DNA of 44,237 bases from Clostridia bacterium. GTDB lineage: Bacteria > Bacillota > Clostridia > Oscillospirales > QAMX01. Below the pieces are notes generated by a model. That model did no database searches and was not told the DNA's origin. It saw only the letters and a list, made by a program, of their open reading frames with translations. The stretch lies in assembly GCA_017414715.1 (NCBI GenBank), contig JAFQKV010000084.1, positions 1-44,237 of the forward strand, read 5' to 3'. The stretch's first letter is position 1. Each line of letters begins with the position of its first letter. A program made the position numbers and the translations under genes. Positions 38,285 to 44,237 of this stretch are shown piece after piece.

Positions 38285-39781
38285 TTAAAAAAACATACCC
38301 ATCATGTAGTTCTCCGCAAACAACGGATTCCCGCCCAGCTCCAGCGTTTCCGTCGCCCCGGCAATTTTTCTGCACGCATCCCGCATTTCAGGACACAAAA
38401 GGAGCCTTTCCGCACCTTGGAGCGCGGCATTTCCCACCGGTCGGGCGGTGCGGGCAAGCTCCGCCGGCAGAAGGCCGATGCGCGCCGCAGACCGCATGTT
38501 AAGATAATTTCCGAAACCGCCGGCAACGGAAAACCCGTCCAGATCGGACGCTTTGAGTCCCTGGGCGGAAAGCAGCGTGACAATACCTGCATGGACTGCG
38601 CTTTTCGCTAACTGCACCGCACGGATATCCGCCTGCTTTAATGCTACGCCATCGCAGATGTACGTCGGATCCTCATCAAGATATCCGCTTTCGTCAAGAA
38701 GCTCCCCATCCAGAAGGCAGGCCACGGCATCCACAAGACCGCTGCCGCAGATTCCCACAGCCTTACCGCCTCCGATAGTACGGGCAAACAGCTTCCCGTT
38801 AACCAGCTCTACGCGGTCAACGGCGCCGGTCTCCCCCCGCATACCGCAGGAGATGCCGACCCCTTCAAAAACAGGGCCTGCCGCCATGGAGCAGGCATAA
38901 AACTTATTGTTCCTGCAAAGAAAGATCTCACCGTTGGTGCCGATATCCGCAAGCACGCGCGTTCCTCCGCGCACCGTTCCGTCGGCCAGCACGGCGCATA
39001 CCGTATCTGCCCCGACGAAGGCAGAAATACAAGGGGGCAGATAAACCGGCGTTTGCGGCAAAAGCGCGAACAAATTCAGTTCTCCCGCCATTAAGCTCTC
39101 CCCAAATCGCCGTTTTACGGCAAAGGGCGCACGGGACAGCGGTTCGGGATCGGTCCCGGTCAGCAGATAAAGCATGGCAGTATTCCCCGTGATGAGCACC
39201 TCGCCGACTGCCGTTGCGGGGACCTTTGCTTTTTGGCAGAGCCCGGTGATCATCTCATTCAGCGTCCGGCGGATCACCTCCGCCAGACGGGCGCTCTCCC
39301 CCGCCAGTGCAGCGCCGATACGGGTGATAACATCCGCCCCGGCAAAGGACTGGGGATTGAGACACGCGGCTGAGGCCGCTTCCCGTCCCTCACGGTCAAA
39401 AAGCTTTGCGGCGAGGGTGGTGGTCCCAAGATCCACGGCAACACCGTATTTCAGGAATTCCGGCGAAGCCTTATAGCCTTCCCCCGTCCCCTCCGTAAGG
39501 ATCCGGGGCGAGGCGGCCGCGAGGGTTCGCACCTCACAGTCACCTTCCGCCCGTGTCATGCAGGCAAGACGGTAACCTTTCGCAAGTTCCTCTGCCGAGA
39601 GAAGCGCTTTCTCCCGCGCATCCGCGGGAGAAAGACAACCGAAGGCAAGGACCCTGCATTTTCCGCAGGATCCCCGTCCGCCGCAGGGTGCCTCGCCGGA
39701 GATAAACTCCGAAAGCAGACTCCCCCGCGGAATATGCAGTTGTTTTCCGTTCACACGGAGCGTGACCGCATCTGTGTTCAT
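38285..39781 (-). CDS. RACo/RamA-type reductive activator of corrinoid proteins ([2Fe-2S] plus ASKHA ATPase)
   Basis: CGGRGSCGKC...RLAC ferredoxin; DLGTTT, DIGTNGE, AGPVFEG, GICGSG and AGGFG motifs. Confidence 0.92.
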   Translation of the reverse strand: MNTDAVTLRVNGKQLHIPRGSLLSEFISGEAPCGGRGSCGKCRVLAFGCLSPADAREKALLSAEELAKGYRLACMTRAEGDCEVRTLAAASPRILTEGTGEGYKASPEFLKYGVAVDLGTTTLAAKLFDREGREAASAACLNPQSFAGADVITRIGAALAGESARLAEVIRRTLNEMITGLCQKAKVPATAVGEVLITGNTAMLYLLTGTDPEPLSRAPFAVKRRFGESLMAGELNLFALLPQTPVYLPPCISAFVGADTVCAVLADGTVRGGTRVLADIGTNGEIFLCRNNKFYACSMAAGPVFEGVGISCGMRGETGAVDRVELVNGKLFARTIGGGKAVGICGSGLVDAVACLLDGELLDESGYLDEDPTYICDGVALKQADIRAVQLAKSAVHAGIVTLLSAQGLKASDLDGFSVAGGFGNYLNMRSAARIGLLPAELARTARPVGNAALQGAERLLLCPEMRDACRKIAGATETLELGGNPLFAENYMMGMFF

Positions 39782-39795
39782 AAGCACCTCATGTA

Positions 39796-40800
39796 TTACG
39801 CCTTTGCCGCAGCAAAAAATGCATCCAGATTCTCCCGCGGTGCCCCCGGCGGGATATCGCAGCCGGAAGAAAGAATAAAGTTATTCCGACCGCACTTCAG
39901 TTCAACCAGAGCCTGAGTTCCTTTCCGTACGTCTTCCGGCGTTCCGCTGAAAAGCACACCCACAGGATCAAGATTTCCCATGACGATCACGTCATCCGGT
40001 ACCTTTCCCAGTACCTCCGCCATATCCACCGCGTTCCCAAAGTGATATGCCGCGGCACCGGTGGAAAGGATGGAGGGAAGCATCCGCGCGGCATTATCGC
40101 CGCAGTTATGATAGATCACAAGGAAATGGTCATCCTGCACCGCATCCACGATCTGTTTGACGTAGGGAGCGGAGAATTCCTCCTCCAGCATGGGGGAAAG
40201 CATTCCCGCCACCGGCTCGGCCATGAGGATACCGCGGGCTCCCGTTTTCTTATAAGCGAGGGCATAGTCGGTGAGAAATTCCGTTGCCTTGGAAAGCAGC
40301 AGTTCAACCGTTTCCGGCTCGTCATAACAGGCCATCATACTTTCCGGTACCCCGAAAAGCCGGGCCGCGAGAGAATAAGGACCGATCATACCGGCAAAAA
40401 CCGGGCGGTCGTCAATACGCTCCGCAGCCTTGCGAACAGCATTGATATAAATGCCGGTTCTTCCCGCGCCGATGGGCGGTACAGAGAGCCTCTCTGCACC
40501 CTCCACATCTTCCACCAGCCGCCCCGTGACGGTGGGGATCTCGTCCTCCGCAAAATGTACTTTGGAGCCGAAGGCCTCTGCTTCCACGGACAGATCCATC
40601 AATCCCACAGCAGCAACGGCACCCCACCGCCTTTTCACCGCTGTGATGGCTTCGGCCTGGAGATCACTGTTTTCCGTCAGCGCACGAAGGGAAACACCGA
40701 TCAGCCCCGCGCCGGGCGCAGACAGAATGGGCAGAGTGCCCCTTGATTCCGCCTTTGCAGCTTCTCTGAGCCAAAGGCGCATATTTCCAAAATCTGCCAT
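39796..40800 (-). CDS. MtaA/CmuA-like (UroD-fold) corrinoid methyltransferase
   Basis: DLSVEAEAFG and GPYSLA; Zn motif HNCG plus SSGCD; GNLDP. Confidence 0.88.
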   Translation of the reverse strand: MADFGNMRLWLREAAKAESRGTLPILSAPGAGLIGVSLRALTENSDLQAEAITAVKRRWGAVAAVGLMDLSVEAEAFGSKVHFAEDEIPTVTGRLVEDVEGAERLSVPPIGAGRTGIYINAVRKAAERIDDRPVFAGMIGPYSLAARLFGVPESMMACYDEPETVELLLSKATEFLTDYALAYKKTGARGILMAEPVAGMLSPMLEEEFSAPYVKQIVDAVQDDHFLVIYHNCGDNAARMLPSILSTGAAAYHFGNAVDMAEVLGKVPDDVIVMGNLDPVGVLFSGTPEDVRKGTQALVELKCGRNNFILSSGCDIPPGAPRENLDAFFAAAKA

Positions 40801-40805
40801 GCTAT

Positions 40806-41447
40806 TCAACCCTTGCAGAGAGCCACGGCGGCATCTGCAGCGCCGGCGGCATCCGCAGCATAGCAGTCCGCGCCGATGGAACGGCAGAATTCCTCCGTGA
40901 TGGGTGCACCGCCCACCATGATCTTGACCCGGTCGCGGATGCCCGCCGCCTCTGCGGCACGCACCACCTCCGCCATGACATCCATAGTGGTAGTCAGAAG
41001 AGCCGAGCAGCAGATGACCTGACAGTCATTTTCAACCGCACAGCTGACAAATTTCTCCGCGGGCACATCGGTGCCAAGATCGATGACCTCCAGTCCTTTG
41101 CCTTCCATCATCATGCGCACAAGATTTTTTCCTATATCGTGCAGATCACCCTGCACCGTACCGATGCACACCTTGCCCGCAGCCTGCACACCGCTTTCCG
41201 CGAGGTGAGGTTTAATGACCTCGGTGCCCATATTCATAGCGCGGGCAGCCATGAGAACCTCGGGTACAAATATCTCGTTGTTTTTAAATTTCTCGCCGAT
41301 GACGTTCATGGCGGGAAGAAGAGCATCCGTCAGTATCTCCTGCGCAGCAACGCCTTCGTCCAGCGCCTTCTGCACCAGTTCCTTAACCTGTTTTGCTCTC
41401 CCCTTCTGCAAAGTTTCGCAGATCTCCTGTAAAATACTCACTGCCAT
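40806..41447 (-). CDS. Corrinoid (B12-binding) protein
   Basis: Cap domain FVPEVLMAARAM; DLHDIGKN (DxHxxG), SALLTTT and VGGAP motifs. Confidence 0.95.
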   Translation of the reverse strand: MAVSILQEICETLQKGRAKQVKELVQKALDEGVAAQEILTDALLPAMNVIGEKFKNNEIFVPEVLMAARAMNMGTEVIKPHLAESGVQAAGKVCIGTVQGDLHDIGKNLVRMMMEGKGLEVIDLGTDVPAEKFVSCAVENDCQVICCSALLTTTMDVMAEVVRAAEAAGIRDRVKIMVGGAPITEEFCRSIGADCYAADAAGAADAAVALCKG

Positions 41448-41465
41448 ATCCTCACATTTTGTTTT

Positions 41466-42746
41466 TCATTTTTCAGAAATCCAAAGAGCCACAGCGCCGT
41501 GTTTGGGGATATTGAAGCGCAGGATCTCATCTGCCGGGAGGCTCTCACCCGTCCAAAGATTGGTTGCGTTCTCCGCACCGGTAAGCTCCAGTTCGGTCAG
41601 GGCAAAGCCGATCTCCGCATCTCTCTCTCCGGCATTGAAGAGAGCCGCATAGCGGCCGGGCTTTTCCGCGTGGTTTGCCGTCCAGAGGATGGCCTCTCCC
41701 TCCGCGCTCTTTCTTCGCCACACCTCATGGGCATTGCGGGCGGCCCGGTGCATCTCGAGGATATCCGTATTGGTCAGCACCGACATAGTGAAATCATCCA
41801 TTTTGGTCATCTCGCTTCCGATTATCAGCGGTGAGCGGAAAATGGACCAAAGCGTCATCATGGTGTAGTGCTCGTCCTGTGTGAATTTTGTGCGGATATC
41901 GGGATTTTTGCACTGACGCAGGGCGCCGATGGGCAGCATATCCGCATCCGGCCAGTTGCCGGCACCGGTGTGGATACACCAGGTCTTTGCCCGGGAGAAC
42001 ATATCGTAGAGAAGGTGCCAGTTATCCCAGAAATCGTCGGTGATGCGCCACATGTGTGCCACATCCTTATAAAGCTCGGACAGCTCGGGGACGGCAGGTC
42101 CGGGCGAGAGACTGAAAACCATGTCTCTGCCGCAATTCTGCAGGCTTTCACTCATCAGCCGCAGCTCATCCGTACACCGGGGAAGCTCGCGGCAGATATC
42201 ATCGCACTTGATGAAGTCAACGCCCCACTCGGCATACAGGGCAAAAATGCTGTCATAATAGGCCTTTGCTCCGGGATGCTTCGGATCAACACCGTGCATA
42301 TCCGGATTCCACGCACAGATGGAGGAGGGATCCGCCACTTCACGGGCAGTATATTCCGTTCCGTAAACAGAACAGTTTTTCCATGCCGCCTGCCGGGGGA
42401 TTCCGCGCATGATATGGATACCAAATTTCAGGCCCAGGGAATGAACGTATTCCGCAAGGGGTGCAAAACCCTTACCGTCGGCCGCCGAGGGAAAACGGTT
42501 AGGCGCGGGGATCAGCCGCCCGTATTCATCCATGCAAAGCTCGGAGAAAGGGCGATAAACATGGCCCAGAGAGTCGGGCTCCGACCACTGGATATCAACA
42601 ACAATGTATTCCCAACCGTAAGGCTTTAAATACTTTGCCATGAACTCGGCATTCTGCCGGACGATCTCCTCCGTTACGGCACCGCCGTAGCAATCCCAGG
42701 AATTCCAGCCCATGGGAGCGGTCATCACATGCTGTTTTTTGATCAT
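41466..42746 (-). CDS. GH27 glycoside hydrolase (alpha-galactosidase/beta-L-arabinopyranosidase type), no signal peptide
   Basis: PMGWNSWD, VVDIQW, GVDFIKCDD, WRITDDFWD and WPDADML motifs. Confidence 0.92.
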   Translation of the reverse strand: MIKKQHVMTAPMGWNSWDCYGGAVTEEIVRQNAEFMAKYLKPYGWEYIVVDIQWSEPDSLGHVYRPFSELCMDEYGRLIPAPNRFPSAADGKGFAPLAEYVHSLGLKFGIHIMRGIPRQAAWKNCSVYGTEYTAREVADPSSICAWNPDMHGVDPKHPGAKAYYDSIFALYAEWGVDFIKCDDICRELPRCTDELRLMSESLQNCGRDMVFSLSPGPAVPELSELYKDVAHMWRITDDFWDNWHLLYDMFSRAKTWCIHTGAGNWPDADMLPIGALRQCKNPDIRTKFTQDEHYTMMTLWSIFRSPLIIGSEMTKMDDFTMSVLTNTDILEMHRAARNAHEVWRRKSAEGEAILWTANHAEKPGRYAALFNAGERDAEIGFALTELELTGAENATNLWTGESLPADEILRFNIPKHGAVALWISEK

Positions 42747-42788
42747 AATCTGCTCCTTCCCCTGTTTAAACCGTTCATCTTTGAAATG

Positions 42789-42818
42789 ATTATATCACAG
42801 TTTTCGATTGACCGTCAA
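42789..42818 (-). promoter_or_regulatory. sigma-A promoter for the GH27-corrinoid operon
   Basis: TTGACG-18nt-TATAAT with extended TG, overlapping the end of the upstream gene. Confidence 0.65.
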
Positions 42819-43338
42819 CGCCATCCCGCGCTTTTTTCCGCATGGAAAAACGCACAAGGGCAAGGACAATGGACACGGTGGCAAATACGTTTCCGGCCGC
42901 CGATCCGTAGGCCGCAGAGTAGATGTTGTAGGAAAGCCAGAACGGCTGCGCAAGAAGTGATACCACGCGGATCTGCTTTTCGCGGTTCATCCACAGGGCG
43001 GCGATCTCCAGGCACACACCCGCAAAGGGCAGAAGGCTCCATAGTGAGCGATAGGTCGTTACTCCCGCGAGGATGGTAAGCGTAAAGATGCCCCCAAGTA
43101 TAAATATCCGCCATTTTCGAACAAATCCTGTTTCCTTCGCCTTAGCAGGCAGGGCAGCCAGGGCTCCGATCAGGTCAAAGATCGCCCCCTCAAAGGCACC
43201 GAGCAGCAGATACTGCAGAATATAGAAGATACGGGAAATGAGATTGATAAGAAGGATATCCCTGCGTTTTCTGCACTGAAAGCTCAGCCCAAAGAAAACA
43301 ACCGCCAGGATCCCGAACACCGTTGCCAACTGCTTCAA
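42790..43338 (-). CDS. YgjV-like inner membrane protein (start uncertain)
   Basis: SFQCRKRRDIL, QYLLLGAF.GA and PFWLSYN motifs; TTG start assumed downstream of AAAGGAG. Confidence 0.75.
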   Translation of the reverse strand: MKQLATVFGILAVVFFGLSFQCRKRRDILLINLISRIFYILQYLLLGAFEGAIFDLIGALAALPAKAKETGFVRKWRIFILGGIFTLTILAGVTTYRSLWSLLPFAGVCLEIAALWMNREKQIRVVSLLAQPFWLSYNIYSAAYGSAAGNVFATVSIVLALVRFSMRKKARDGVDGQSKTVI

Positions 43339-43492
43339 AGGCTTGATCGCATCTCCTTTCAATTCCAATGTCCGTCCTGCCGGTATTGTAACACATCCGG
43401 TCCCGCTTTGCAAACTCAGGTGATAATATCCGTAATCAGAAACATTTTTTGCCAATATTCTCGGCATTTTTATATTTTCTTTTCTTTTTTTA

Positions 43493-43521
43493 TTGACAAA
43501 TCCGCATAAGTTATCTATAAT
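43493..43521 (+). promoter_or_regulatory. Consensus sigma-A promoter with T-rich UP element
   Basis: TTGACA-17nt-TATAAT preceded by a T-rich tract. Confidence 0.88.
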
Positions 43522-43563
43522 GTATGCGTACAGTGTTGAAAATAAGGAAGGTGATACATCTCC

Positions 43564-43623
43564 ATGGACAGTTGCAGTCCCAGTACCGACGGTGATCCTG
43601 ACAATCAGATCTTGCTTGAATAG
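43564..43623 (+). CDS. Putative 19-aa leader peptide MDSCSPSTDGDPDNQILLE
   Basis: Strong SD AAGGAAGGTGAT, ATG at 43564, TAG at 43621; followed by a hairpin and T-rich tract. Confidence 0.5.
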   Translation: MDSCSPSTDGDPDNQILLE

Positions 43624-43627
43624 TTAA

Positions 43628-43688
43628 GGCATACCTGTGCCCTTTATTGATTTTGGGGTGACGGGGTATGTCTGTTTTTGTTGTTTTT
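43628..43688 (+). terminator. Leader terminator-like hairpin (attenuator)
   Basis: ggcatacc...ggtatgtc stem followed by tgtttttgttgttttt. Confidence 0.55.
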
Positions 43689-43721
43689 ACGCATTTCTGA
43701 TTAGGTTGAAAGGATACCCAA

Positions 43722-44237
43722 ATGATTACCGAACATATACCCAGTATCATCGTTATGGTGATATGTCTCATTCTCTCTGCATATTTCTCCGCTACGGAAA
43801 CGGCATTTCTCTCCATGAACAAGACCCGGCTCAAGGTGCTTGCGGACAAGGGAAACAAAAAAGCCCGGCTCGCGCTGTCGCTTGACGAGAAGTATGACCG
43901 GCTCATCTCCACCATTCTCATTGGCAATAACATTGTCAATATCACCCTCTCGTCTGTCGCCACGGTGGTCTTTGTTTCACTCCTTGCAAACTATGGTGAT
44001 GCCAGCTTCGGCGCAACGGTCTCCACAGCTGTCGTAACGGTGCTGGTGCTCATCTTCGGTGAGATCACCCCCAAGAGCCTTGCAAAGGATGCAGCAGATC
44101 CCTTCGCCATGTTCTCTGCACCGATCATTAACTTTATCATGAAGCTCCTGCTTCCTCTTTCCTTTATTTTCGGTCTTTGGAAGAAACTGACCGACCGCAT
44201 CATCACCTCAGAAGAGGAAGAGGCCATGTCGCAGGAA
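43722..44237 (+). CDS. CNNM/CorB (DUF21, hemolysin-family) Mg2+ transporter, truncated by the window edge
   Basis: MITEHIPSII...SAYFSATETAF, ILIGNNIVN and IFGEITPKSLA motifs. Confidence 0.9.
   Translation, partial: MITEHIPSIIVMVICLILSAYFSATETAFLSMNKTRLKVLADKGNKKARLALSLDEKYDRLISTILIGNNIVNITLSSVATVVFVSLLANYGDASFGATVSTAVVTVLVLIFGEITPKSLAKDAADPFAMFSAPIINFIMKLLLPLSFIFGLWKKLTDRIITSEEEEAMSQE

Noticed and set aside
20664-40800. hemE assignment for the two UroD-fold genes
   Set aside because: No N-terminal RQAGR motif of true HemE and no tetrapyrrole gene context; one sits within a corrinoid module.
24688-44237. Toxin interpretation of the hemolysin III and hemolysin-family (CNNM) genes
   Set aside because: These are widespread membrane-homeostasis and Mg2+ transport families; the names are historical.
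1-44237. CRISPR array, IS element, prophage, tRNA or rRNA
   Set aside because: No regularly spaced repeats, transposase, integrase or phage motifs, or RNA-gene signatures were seen by eye.

Overview
A 44-kb chromosomal window from a moderately GC-rich anaerobic Bacillota, probably Clostridia (inferred from sigma-A promoters, GlpP, SigH, DegV and a corrinoid system). I see no rRNA, tRNA, CRISPR array, integrase or transposase. Housekeeping genes include smpB, dusB, a pdxK-like kinase, a sigH-like sigma factor, degV and a membrane pyrophosphatase hppA with a +1 frameshift near its 3' end. There are many glycan-processing enzymes without signal peptides: GH20, GH2, GH27, a sialidase-like protein, a sialate O-acetylesterase and an SGNH hydrolase. 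A GlpP-controlled operon joins a three-gene G3P-dehydrogenase module to a HAD phosphatase and a glycerol-1-phosphate dehydrogenase. The most striking locus is an apparent operon linking a GH27 glycosidase to a corrinoid protein, an MtaA/UroD-fold methyltransferase and a RACo activator, a candidate B12-dependent system for O-methylated sugars. Other signals: a 34-bp duplication of the AEC transporter 3' end flanking two genes, an unassigned structured RNA before hppA, a candidate leader-peptide attenuator before a CNNM transporter, two ~50-codon gene stumps and an unannotated 45-aa membrane protein before smpB. Family calls come from motif recognition only; no database search was run.
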